Of a stretch of 64,000 nucleotides of DNA, positions 27,301 through 38,000 are shown one piece after another. A program made the position numbers and the translations under genes. Origin of the DNA: Phoronis australis (Eukaryota; Animalia; Phoronida). Positions within the stretch are counted from its first letter, which is position 1. Each line of letters begins with the position of its first letter. Where the stretch lies: NCBI GenBank assembly GCA_002633005.1, contig NMRA01000566.1, forward strand, positions 1-64,000, given 5' to 3'. The notes below the pieces were generated by a model that worked only from the letters and a program-made list of their open reading frames with translations, did no database searches and was not told the origin of the DNA.

Positions 27301-27312
27301 CGAGATTCGTGA
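3301..27312 (+). CDS. BIVM: BIVM-family protein (basic immunoglobulin-like variable motif-containing), about 269 aa
   Basis: Exons 11225-11347 (..MIAQRKFIDLKRW), 13423-13518 ([31 protein letters not shown]), 18206-18310 (PITQEEALEVLGF..), 22475-22702 ([30 protein letters not shown]), 23467-23550 (SWIIIGDTAKDQPAIHCI), 27153-27312 (WEDISADLNYENPDFLDVR..GDNRHCIMMF..stop). All introns are GT-AG and phase 2. The start is uncertain: either micro-exon 3301-3314 (MSEK, phase-compatible, gtaagt donor) or the ATG at 11238. Confidence 0.9.
3542..3768. mobile_element. MITE with degenerate terminal inverted repeats
   Basis: ggacccgttccaagaaactg at the left end versus cagttttcttggaagagaatcc at the right end. 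Confidence 0.4.
5375..6300 (-). mobile_element. non-autonomous THAP-containing DNA transposon relic (Kolobok-like), copy 1
   Basis: THAP-like ORF 5938-6198(-): C-x4-C..FFRLP..W..LRV. A convergent ORF on the other strand contains GYQIEPEYSD. The whole segment aligns in inverted orientation with 43820-44775. Confidence 0.75.
7045..7230. repeat. short dispersed direct/inverted repeats (gctacgaaaatacccgagagg units), probable MITE subterminal repeats
   Basis: cctcgggtgttttcgtaac; ccgagaggctacgaaaatacc; gctacgaaaatacccgagagg. Confidence 0.4.
8212..8475. repeat. array of about 8 imperfect palindromic CCA(A)nTGGG units
   Basis: aaccagatgggtt, taccaaatgggta (x2), taccaactgggtc, taccaagtgggta, tgccaaatgggca, taccaagtaggta, agccaactgggct. 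Confidence 0.7.
9233..9375. repeat. short tandem array of tagtattc(t)tggcaa units
   Basis: 4-5 degenerate units of about 20-25 bp (tggcaagaataccatagtatt...). Confidence 0.55.
9741..10375 (-). mobile_element. Tc1/mariner transposase relic (3' half plus terminal repeat)
   Basis: Minus strand, with frameshifts: KVNSQRY..IL...FHQDGAPS...DEWPPIRTDYNPLDYAIWDSLKEKVY, i.e. the QDGAP and WPP.SPDLNP.D catalytic blocks. The end resembles a TA-CAG..GGTGTCCCAAAAAA TIR at about 9741-9765. Confidence 0.8.
15165..16040 (-). mobile_element. non-autonomous element (Crypton-like) with long internal hairpin and tRNA-like cassette, copy 1
   Basis: About 0.9 kb, inverted homolog of 23945-25070. Ends carry TTATTACATGGCG / TATACCACA motifs. 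Hairpin at about 15884-16006. Confidence 0.65.
15285..15362 (-). pseudogene. tRNA-like sequence (Pol III A and B boxes) inside a repeat
   Basis: Reverse complement GCTGAGTGGTGTAGTGGTAAAGTCGGCAACTCGAAACTCTTGAGACCCGGGTTCGAATCCACCCTCGG: A box TGGTGTAGTGG, B box GGTTCGAATCC, poor anticodon arm. Diverged copies at about 24588-24660 and 24888-24960. Confidence 0.6.
16325..16760. repeat. old local tandem duplication (about 170 bp units)
   Basis: cgccagaaatttgtaacatg...aaatcttgccag...aatttgccgatagcctg...ttaagac occurs at about 16327-16493 and again at about 16594-16753. Confidence 0.7.
18839..18839. other. assembly gap/ambiguous base inside a BIVM intron
   Basis: Single n; a second n occurs at 54470. 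Confidence 0.9.
19251..19440. mobile_element. Harbinger-like MITE end interrupted by a nested GC-rich MITE
   Basis: ctg-tgcccagttacatgaaacagtcccaaat matches the TIR at 37749. It is interrupted at about 19290-19410 by aggggcagatcc...ggacccgcctg, after which homology resumes (ctcaactgagttccctaaa). Confidence 0.55.
20700..21124 (+). mobile_element. degenerate THAP-domain transposon fragment
   Basis: ..FTIPTDVENRKRWMVAIRHDDGK (THAP P..W motif). The upstream part 20700-20860 is similar to 53150-53290 and 54630-54770. Confidence 0.55.
23945..25070 (+). mobile_element. non-autonomous element (Crypton-like) with hairpin and tRNA-like cassette, copy 2, with internal duplication
   Basis: Reverse complement of 15165-16040. 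Segment about 24370-24735 is repeated at about 24740-25050, giving two tRNA-like cassettes. Confidence 0.65.
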
Positions 27313-27729
27313 TGTCAAGGACGAGCGCAGGCGAGGAGCTGTGCACTTCAAACGAAAATTAGATGCAAAATGAACCGTGTAGATTTCACCTCGCGAGCCG
27401 GTGAGGCGAACGAACCTCTTTTTTTTACCTGGCGTGCAGTCAGGATGAGACAAGTGTTTAGCCTACCGGCAGCCAACAAAAATATGTATTGGTTCACCCG
27501 ACATGCACAAATCTCTCTCCGGCTCCACTTGCGTGTATACTACTGACATTTACGATGTTTACTACGATTACGAAAATACGAGTTAACAGTTTGCTCGCTG
27601 TATGCAGTTAACCTACCTCGACCTGTCTGTGAAGTGAAATATAGTCACCACTAGAGGATGTCAGCTCAGCTCCCAGCTTCTCATCTGTGCTCAGCCCTAA
27701 AGAGAGCTGGGATACGCGGCTCATAGCCC

Positions 27730-27876
27730 AGTGGTGGACTTGGGGGGGGGGGGCATGACCACCGAAAATTCTCCCAGATTCCATTTGGCAGTTCGGGGGT
27801 GCAAAAGTCTGACCAGCAAAATCCTGGCTAATACTCTGCCCTGCCCCCCCAGCTTAAAATCCTGGATCCGCCACTG
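27730..27876. mobile_element. short GC-rich MITE (CAGTGGCGGATC-type TIR, hAT-like)
   Basis: cagtggtggac...ggatccgccactg. Related ends at about 1410-1670, 5230-5358, 6700-6760, 19290-19410 and 36340-36480. Confidence 0.6.
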
Positions 27877-28049
27877 CAGCCTGAGACAAGGCAACGCCAG
27901 GTGCATCGGCAGACGACTAGTCACAGTAACCTACCATGCCTAAATTATAGAATATATAATAGGTCAAGCTTCAAATGTTCAGTCTTTATATCTCACATGT
28001 GCATGTACATGTACATGTAGTTATGCGATGTATCTGGACATTCTACATG

Positions 28050-28055
28050 AATAAA
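28050..28055 (+). terminator. candidate polyadenylation signal of BIVM
   Basis: AATAAA about 740 nt after the stop codon, followed by a T-rich tract. Confidence 0.35.
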
Positions 28056-28979
28056 ACTTTTTTTTAAGCAACACCATTTATCCTCGGCTGCAAACGCACC
28101 AGCTGTCATGTGACAAACATTCAACGTCTAAAGGATCATATGATAACAATACATGTGAGATTTTCCCGGTTTGCGTAAACACTGAGTCACGTGGCAGGTT
28201 CAGATAATGGCGACCTATCACATGACGTCACTGTTATGTTTCTGGAATTTCATGATTGTTTTGTGAACTATGTAACCCACGTTGTTTTTAGCGGAGCATT
28301 AGATAAACTACTGTTCGGTATAAAATACGTAATAAAGATTTTTCGTTTTCATGAATATGTATTTCATTCATTGGTTTAACGCGGAGTGCCGCCCAGCGAA
28401 AAAAGCTGATTATTTTAGTCGGCTGCGGTCAATTTCAAGCTCGTTGAACGGCTAAATACATTTATTGTCCTGTCAATGCGTATGTGCTACTGAACACGGA
28501 AGAGAAAGAGGAACTGCCGTATCAGGTTAAACGAAGATGACTAATTTCATTTCTATTCGTCTCGTGACCAACTGATGCGACAACATTTGGCTATTCTGTT
28601 GCTGACTTTTACTTCGGCTGTTTTGACTGCTGTGTAGGGACGTTGATGTGAACCAGGATCGTGGTCGGCCATGGCAACATCATCCTACAGATGGGTGATA
28701 AATTATTCACAATTGCTACATCCTCTATCTAAACAGCCGAACCGTTTGGTGGAATGTTAACAATTAAACCAGCGGATCGATACCAATGTTTTATTCTTAT
28801 TCACGCTCATTGTGTCGATTATAGATCGGCAATCGCGACACGGCACCGCTCGGTAAGCGCATCGTTTCGATCTTCAGAGCGAAGATCACATGCTTGATAG
28901 AGGGGTTATGTTAGACCGGACTTGGCCGTAGTGTACTCACGTTTGCGTGATGATAAGAATTAATGGCAAGATATCGCCA

Positions 28980-28987
28980 CATAAATA
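28980..28987 (+). promoter_or_regulatory. TATA-like box upstream of the amylase start
   Basis: CATAAATA about 40 nt 5' of ATG 29026. Confidence 0.3.
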
Positions 28988-29025
28988 ATGACGAGGGATT
29001 ATGAGAGAACATTGGCTGTAAGACA

Positions 29026-32000
29026 ATGAAGTATTTCGGAAGCGTTTTAGTGTTTTTGTTATGTCTAGCGTGCACCGTTTTGGTGGAGACCAAAACTGCA
29101 CAAGAATGGAAATCTCGAGTAATTTATCAGGTGAGTTCTTTTTTGTAAATAGAGAATTAACCAAGTTTCTCTCAAACGTTCCTGTCATAGTTTATTTTAC
29201 TTCTTTCTTTACAAAATTAACCCATTTTTCTTTTTGACTTGTGCCTCTGCCGTTGCATGTAAATGTTTAATATTTTATTTTCAACTGTTGACAATTTCTG
29301 AAACAAGGAACAAAATCAAAATACATGTATCAACAAACTCGTTAAATCCACCACCAGCGTTTTAACAATGGGCCCTATGCGATTTATAGAATTTTATCTT
29401 TCCGACTGTTTACCGCCTAATCTTAGTATTACTATGATAGCTGTTATAACACAGAAATACGTGAACCGATCATTTTATCTTTGTATCTCTCGACCATATA
29501 TCCCACTAAGTCGGAGCTGGCGCTAGTTCACCGGCATCGATTTTTTCATTATTTTCCTTGTTTGCTGAAGTGGTCCTTGTCTATTGGAAATGTCAAAAAT
29601 CGTTAACGACATGTTTATTAGTACTGTGAATTTTAAATGAATTTGTTGTGTACACCGTGAGAGTGATACCAGTCAGACTTTCGAGCATCGAATCAATCAA
29701 TGCTTTGTATGACTCCGTCGGAGCTGGTATAGAAATGGGTTGCAGTTTTAGGTCGTAATAAAACCACGCGTACTTGCCTAACAAGAGTGAAACATATGCA
29801 AGACTTTTGGAGTACAGTAGGTCAAACAATTTCTAGACAAGACTAAATGTTTTGTTCGTTAATGAGATAAAATAATTATACTACTCTAGAATCATAAGAT
29901 CTACAGTAGCCTTGAATGTTCTTGAAATCAATTAACGTGTTTCTGTTAAAGTAAGCCCAATTTAGTCTTAGTTCGCCCTATAGTTTCCCTAAACCCTAGT
30001 CTCACTCTTCCCTCATGGGAAGTTCGGTTGGTGTTTTTTATTTCTTGTGCTGTTCAGTGTTGCATCGTACTCGTTTCAAAAATACTGATTTCGTTTTTAC
30101 AATTGACCACTTTTGACACATTCCAAACAAAACGTTTTTAGTCGCGCACTCTCATTACCGTCGATCGTGCGTAACGCCTCATCCAAAACCTAAATACAAT
30201 CTGGCTGTTGGTGAAATGCCTTTCTGCATGCAAACCAGAACTTACTATGGCTCTCAAATATGGTGCAATATGGTGAAGATCCCCGTTAGTGAAATTCATT
30301 TCTGCTGTGTGGTATTAAGGCATGTTGTGCTACTGTACGTATTTGGTACGACCAAGTAATTTAGTTGGTAATTTGAAATTTAAGCAGTGAAATAAAAGAA
30401 ATTTCCCCCTTCTAGGTTGGCTGCTAAAATCAACAAAGGTAATGAGAACATCAGAAAATGAAATATTTATACACTGGCATTGGGCAAAATGGCAACCGTC
30501 TCAAAATTTGATCAAAGGATTAACATAATTTGTTTTCTTTTTCTGTTTGGTACTCTCCAGATAAACCGTTCTGCTAAATATAGGAGACTGACATTCATGT
30601 AACCAAATTAAGCATTGTTAATCCAACACACGTCTTTATTAATTAAAGCGATAAGCACATGTCCCTTTGACACCTAGATAAACATGAACAATGAAGAATG
30701 AGAATAATCCTTGATAAGGCGAAACAAAGACTCAAAGATACGCATGCCAGTAACACGGTAGACAACGCATCTCCAGAAATACACCACTAATATCAAAGCA
30801 GCAGAGGCATAATTCGCTCTGTAGTGGGCTCGAGTAATATTCAAAATGCGAACGTTATCACAAAATCCTCATGTGTGCGCCGTTCAAAAATTATTAATAA
30901 CTCGACTTTGTTTCCTCCAGAACAGACAGCATATCAAATGCATATTTTTCTCCTCGTTACGTAAGTACTGTTGTTTGTCAAGCAGAGAAGCTTCGAATCT
31001 GAGGTCCTTGACTGCGTGTATCCACACAATAACCATGAATACGGGAGAGTGGGTGCTTTAAAATCAAAGTTCAATACAGAGTAAGAGGAGTCCAGGTGGT
31101 AGGAAACCTGTAAGCTTATACTCTTTCCGGTCCCCACAGTTTTTATTTACCCTCGATACCTGAGACAAAACCTGGACGCATTCCGGATACCTGGCCGGAC
31201 GTTACCATGAAAACAAATCCACTCGAGACGGTAGCCAAAATAGAAATGAATCCGATCATGACTAAAAACAATAGGCTTCCAGGACTTTCAGATCTACACG
31301 TCGTGTGCGAATTTCGTGCGAATCGGACGAAAATTGCGACCTGTAGAGTGCGAACAAACAAAAAAAATTGACGGCAGACCAACATATTTATCGGAATTCG
31401 AAGAATTCCGCCAAGTAAAAATCAAAGGAAAAGACCTCGTGGCGAGGAGTTCTGGCAAGAACGCTCCTGAAAATTAGGTGTCTCCAGCCAGGCAGCATCA
31501 AAATGCCAACTACACACGGAATACAGCAGGTTATGAAATTTTCACTTTTTCGAAACCTATAATTAGTTCGTATGACAAAATCGATGCTGCTCTAATCGAT
31601 TTCCACTTTTCTCAGTACTCGATGTAGGGCATGGTCGCTCGGACATTGGGACCGTATCGACATTCGAGCTTTCCAATGTGCATGAAAATACGCAAGAATT
31701 ATTCATGAACGGCTCTACAGTATAGTAACAGGTGCTATTACAACAATCACTGTTTATACATGTACAACATCACATTTTGTACGCAACTCAATGAGCAGGA
31801 ATTATTGGTTACTTTGAAAACTTCCATAAAACGTATAGATATAAAAGTGTGCATTTCTTAAGTGTAGTATACTTATTTTCAACTAAAATCAAAATAAAAT
31901 TCTCTTGATTCCAAAAGGTTCACTGAAAGCAACTGACACAGGTTTGCCTTACATGTATGTTCGTCGCTTGGAATTTTCATGTCACATCACAAAGCGCAAC

Positions 32001-35000
32001 GAAATTCACTAGCAATGTTCAAAGTTTTCATTTCAAGGAGTGAATGTTAGTGTACATCAACATCAAAACCTGAAACACGTTACGTCATTTTCACAAACTG
32101 CAAAGTAACATAAAAACGCGCAAAATTAATCGTTACAATATCGTAAATGGTTTTGACACGTTTTGGACCGAGCATGAGGCCTTTTTTTGATAACTCTCCA
32201 AGTTGTGTAGATTATACTGGTTAAAACAGGACAGTCAAATTTCCTGGAAGCCAAGGATGTCAAATAAGATATGTGATATCTTTGTAGCCCAGCTTTGAAT
32301 GAGCTTGTAATTCTAGGAATAGGTGCTCAAACTGAACACCAAGACATGAGATATTGAAAGTTACGCAGTACCCGTCTTGGAAAAATGTCCAAAGCAAAAA
32401 ACTTGTAGGGTCTAATTAATTTGATTTAATAGACTGGGTCACGTAACAAGGCGAAATCTTGAAAACGATGTTAGATCCTTTTCATAATATTAATTACCTT
32501 ACTTTCTTTTAATTCAACATTTTTGTGAAAATAAAAGTGCTGTCATTGAATAATACGTCAAGCAAGGCGTGAAACAATTTACAAACGATTCTTAACGGCG
32601 TGCACTACATAAAACATATAACCTGAGTGTCACATGAACTCGATAAGCCATGTCAGAGCAGTTAATTTCCTAATTTAGCCTAACGTGAGCATTTTTCTAT
32701 GCCGGGTCTTACATAACCTTTAAGATACTGGTTGCGCTTTGTTTTAGTTAAAACTTTCGGAGAAACCGGGATTTCAACGCAGATTAATTCGGTCAAAACT
32801 GAATCTCAATGCTCATTCAACCCAACTCCAAACATTTGAAAACGTATTTGAATTTAATATGTTTTTCCTTTTTACATTTTATTTTTGGTGGGCACCACCA
32901 CCTAAAATGACCAACATAGTGAATGACGGCTGACTCATACATACTCACTTAATGGCCGCCATTAACTTATGTGGAAACCTCCGACAACTTACAAAAATCT
33001 AAGAAATTCAAAGTAAAAGAAACCAAACACAAAAAAGGTTAAAAGTTGCTAATATTTTAGTGATATACAGTATTTCGACTGACGAAACTCAACCTATGTG
33101 CCAAGTTTATGAATGTTAAGGGGAGATTATAGCTTTAAATATTTTAACTCTTGCTGTTCAGTCTATTATTGCCATATTTCCATGGGGACGTACCGGCTTC
33201 CTTCATCTATAAGCCCCATGAACCACTCGATCGGTGACTCCAATGCCGCGACCGACACCCGACGCAGAGGTGTTTATACAAAACTAAAGATCAGATATTA
33301 ACTAACGCGTAGAATTTGAAAGGTGAAGTTTACCCTTAAACAATCTCTCTCCAGCGCCTCCGATGGCCTTAGAGATCTTGTGAATGAATGCATTACTTAG
33401 TTAAGGTTGTGTAGCACGCTAGACGTATCTAAAATGGATGATCGAACTCAAGTGAAACATTCAGGTATTGTGCTTCATACGCTTTCCCCCAAAACGCTGT
33501 TAGGAATTGTAAGGCAAGGCAGTTTACGTTATGAATGCAAGAAGAAAAGAGACGGAGCGTGAAATAAAATAAAAGAATAAGTTGCGAATAAAAAACTGCT
33601 GTCCACGTCAGAGGACAGTTAGCATGAGAACCGCGAAAACCACATCAAAAATTATGGACATTGATGTTGAATCTTAACTGTACATGTATTTTTGCATTGA
33701 AAACAAGGAGAAACTTCACGAACGGCCTGAACCACGTTCAAAGAAGCATTGTGTTGTACGAGATGACATGATCATGTGTGTCTCAACAGTCAGTGAGTGC
33801 GGTAAAGCAACCGCCATAGCAACATTATGATTATACTCTGACATGTGCACGCAGAAAACAGCTCCCTTAAATTTGGAGGATTGGCACCGGCAATGGATAA
33901 GAACTGGTTGGTGTTAAGTAATTATTCAAAAAGCATTAAATACGGAAGCACAACCTGAACCCAAAGTTTTGAGATTTTTTTCTCTTTACTGAAATTTTCT
34001 AATCACTGGCTGCGCTGGATTGTCATTGCGGATTCCGCGAGGTCAATTTGCTAAAACTTCTGATTGGTTTTCTGTGGCAACCTCCGGCTTATAGACCAAA
34101 TAGCTGTCTTAGCCAGTTGACCCGATGGAGCCGGCGATTGGTTAATTAAGTGAAGTCACTGTGTCTTGACGAAGATATGGAAGTGGCATGATCACGTTTA
34201 AATGCTATTTTTAGATTATCACAGACAGATTTGCTCGTTCGGACGGAAATACAGACAACTGCAGCGACCTCCGTAACTACTGCGGCGGAGCGTTCAAGGG
34301 CATCGTCAACAACCTCGACTATATCGAAGGCTTAGGTGAACGACCTAAATGTGACAACATTACCGTCATAGCAAATGCAAAATATTATAAAAAACGGTGA
34401 TAATGGTGTAGATAGGCTTTTTCGTGACAAGCAGTGCACACTGCAACATTTAAGTCATAAATACATGTAGCTTTTAAGCGGCTTGATATATCCACTTCAC
34501 CCGAAATAAGCCAACTTTGATTTCGACACCTGCAACTAGTGTATGAAGCTGTTTGATTGCCTTTACCTGGAATAGAATTGGTTACTAAACTTGGAATGAA
34601 TTGGCAATTCACTAGCCTTCGTGTAAAATGACTTGCTGTTAACACAGGTCAAGTTTTTGAGTCGGTGTTATACTGTACGAAGTAGTAACAAAAACTCTGT
34701 TCTCAAAGCTAGAAATTATTTTGAATTTCAGTAGGGAGCAAGATGAGACTGGTATTACAACGGTATAAGATCTAAATCAAAAGGTGTTTTGACAAACGTT
34801 GCTGAAATATTGCATCTTTAAAGATTGTTATTGAAGCAGTGGCAATCCGTGTATTTAAAAGGCACTCAGTGTGTGTAGACAGCCTGCATCAGTTGGTAGA
34901 ATTTGTTTTTGTCATAATAGAAATATTTTACTTCTCTACTTCATCCCAGTCTCTTGCTCTTCCGTTTTTGTTATCATTGATGGTGACATCATAATTTCAT

Positions 35001-38000
35001 GTCCCCGTCTTTTTAGGCGTCAACGCAATCTGGATCTCGCCTGTCGTTGAGCAGACGGATGGTGGATATCATGGCTATTGGGCCAAAGACCTCACAAAAA
35101 TCAACAGCCATTTTGGAACGGCAGACGACCTGAAGAATCTGGTGGCCGAATGTAACAAAAGAGACATCTGGGTAATGGTCGACGTGTAAGTACCCAAGCA
35201 CCGAGCGCTAACGGTGGCCTGCTCCTTAACACAAGATCCTATTGAAGCCAGCTAGTGAAAGCGTGAGAGATTGCGTCCTTTGCTATTACTGCAAGGCGAT
35301 ATCTCGCGAAAATTTGGGTGATCTCGCCTAACATGCATGAGTTCGACGTTTCTGAATGCCGCTTAGACTCAAGAAAGCAAATTTAATTACGTGACCAATT
35401 TTCATGAATCATTGAGGATGTTACTTACATGTATAGCAGTGTGCATTTGCCATCGTAACATAAATCTACGAAAAATAACTTACTGAGAGACTAAAATTGA
35501 CGGGTGGTAGGAGACGTTTCGGCCTGGTCCGCCAGGATATTTCCCGCCGTAAGCTTGGTAAGGATGTCACTGTAGAGGAGAGACATTTGAACACCACGGT
35601 TCCGAGTCAAAAGATCCTTCAGATACTCCAGTTATAGACAAAAACATGACGGACCAGGCCAAAACGTCTGCCAACACCCGTCAATTTGTAGTCTCTCAGA
35701 AAGAGATTTCGCTATATTTACCATGTCATCGAGAAACAGTGATCGACATGTCTTCCAGAATAGTAACATTAAGTTTAAAGCGAATTAATATAACTTATTT
35801 CGCATCATGTGTGTTTCGTTTTAAAGATGAAAGACGAATTCATGGACATTTCCTTACATGACCTTAACCTAGACCGATACCCAATTACATATCGGGTGTC
35901 GTAAATGTGTATGTTATCTCTTGTAAAATAATTAACTGTAGTGCCGTGACCCTGATATTGCCATTACAACCTAAAATATATATTATACTTTTGTTGTTTT
36001 GTCTGTCCCCAATAGTTCTATAATTTAGAAGTGCTGTTTTTGCGGAAGTTAATTTAGAATTGCCTGTACATGTATTTAAAACGTTTGCGTTGTTAGGTGT
36101 TGAATAGTTTTTGACTAAGATATTGTCCAGCTTGTAAACCATGACATATTTTTCAGCGTTGCTAACCACATGGGTTATCCACCTGGATGCCCCGGATGTT
36201 CGGCTTCAGCAAACGTCAACTTCACAGGCTTCAATCCTTTCAACAAACCGGAATATTTCCACAACTATTGTATAATAAATGATTGGTCGAACCAGGGTGA
36301 AGTAAGTTGAGTACAAGTAACAACCACATGTTTGATAATTAGGGGCGGATGAAGGATGCCATTTGGAGCGGGGTGTCTGACATTGTTAAATATAACTTTA
36401 ACATTTTTTCGAGTGTAGCATGAACATGAATTGTCAATAGCACACGGTATTCAGAAGCCCTGAACGCCTTCTGGATCCATGTGGTTAGCTTAGGACGATG
36501 TGAGTCAAGTTAACTCTTTAATGCTTTGGTATATTTCTACTGTCTGAGGCTTACTAAATGTTAAAAGGTAACTGGTACCATAATTTACTGAGTTAACCGT
36601 CAGACGCGATTGGTTACAACTAATATCGCGTTTAGATTTGCGACGTTTATTTGGAGAAAGCAGACATGGCGTCTAATCAGAAGGCAGATGAGATGCTTAA
36701 AATGGGCTTTCTCAAGCTGGCAATAAGGCTATAATTCTTTCTATGAACTGGTCGAGGTGGACTGTAACAAGATCAGTGGAAGTCTGACGGTCTTTCTCAT
36801 CCAATGTTTTCACACCGCAGATCAGCCCGGCGATTTGCCTTGGCTATTAAAATTCATATCATATTTAAAGTGCACATACATATATAACCACAGAACTGTA
36901 GTTCCATGATATTAACTGTCTCTACGATATCGGTGTCTTTTTTAAGGTTGAAAACTGCCGTTTGGCTGACTTGCCAGATTTGAATCAAGAAAACCCGTAT
37001 GTCCGCACCACTTTGAAAACCTGGGTACACGATTTGGTCGACACGTACAAGTTTGACGGTATTCGGATTGACACAATACCAGAGGTAAGCTATCATTCCC
37101 TAATGTTAATGTATTCAACAGTGATGATAAGCTAATGTGACTGACGATTTACAGAAGGATATGTTGAAAAGCTACATGTAGGCAAACATGAAGATTGAAT
37201 GACGACAGCGGCATGTACGACGACTTTTTAACCAATGGTGGTGACTTATTACATGATGTCGGTTCCACGTCGGTTTCCATGAAAAATACAATGGCAGCTC
37301 AAACGACAACCGTGTGATGGCCTTGATAAAAGTGACGATGGAAACCATCGGATTGACAGCGAAAGATGGTAGCTGATGGTTAATGAAGGCGATAATTATA
37401 ATGAAAACATTAAAAAGCCATGGAATACAATGTAGCTGAATTTCGTTCCAAAATTCAAAAAAAATCATAACTATCACCATGAACTTTCAAAATAGAATTT
37501 AAAAGAAACCCGAGCACATTTAGCTAATTGCATTTAATTACACAGTGACACTGAGTACGTTCCTAAACAGCATGAGTCAATTCGCTTCCGAAAATGACCG
37601 ATAGAGGCCTGCGGTCTAATGTCTCCGAGCTCAAACTCGGATTTCTTGTTGTACTATTTTAGTACATACAGGGTATCGGTCTATGAGAGTGGAGAACAGA
37701 AAACGTCTAAAGTTATTAGGATTTCAAATTCGGATTACAAGACCCCTGTGCCCCGATGCATGAAACAGTCCCAAATAGGGACTCAGCTAAGTTCTCCAAA
37801 TTTGTTCCCTATTTGTTTTGTTCTTTTCTCAGAGATGTAGTATTTTTTCCATTTTTATCTTTATCGCTGATTCCTCCTTGACTCATTACGTTTCTTAATA
37901 ATTTAATTCAAAACTGAGCCGTTAATTAATTTAAAATAATCAGGGACTTAGTCCTTAAATTAGGGGCATTGCATGAAACATTCCTACATGTACTTATTTT

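Noticed and set aside
37172-37480. Hydrophobic 102-aa minus ORF nested in amylase intron 5
   Set aside because: It is the antisense of a decayed GAT/GAC-rich low-complexity tract
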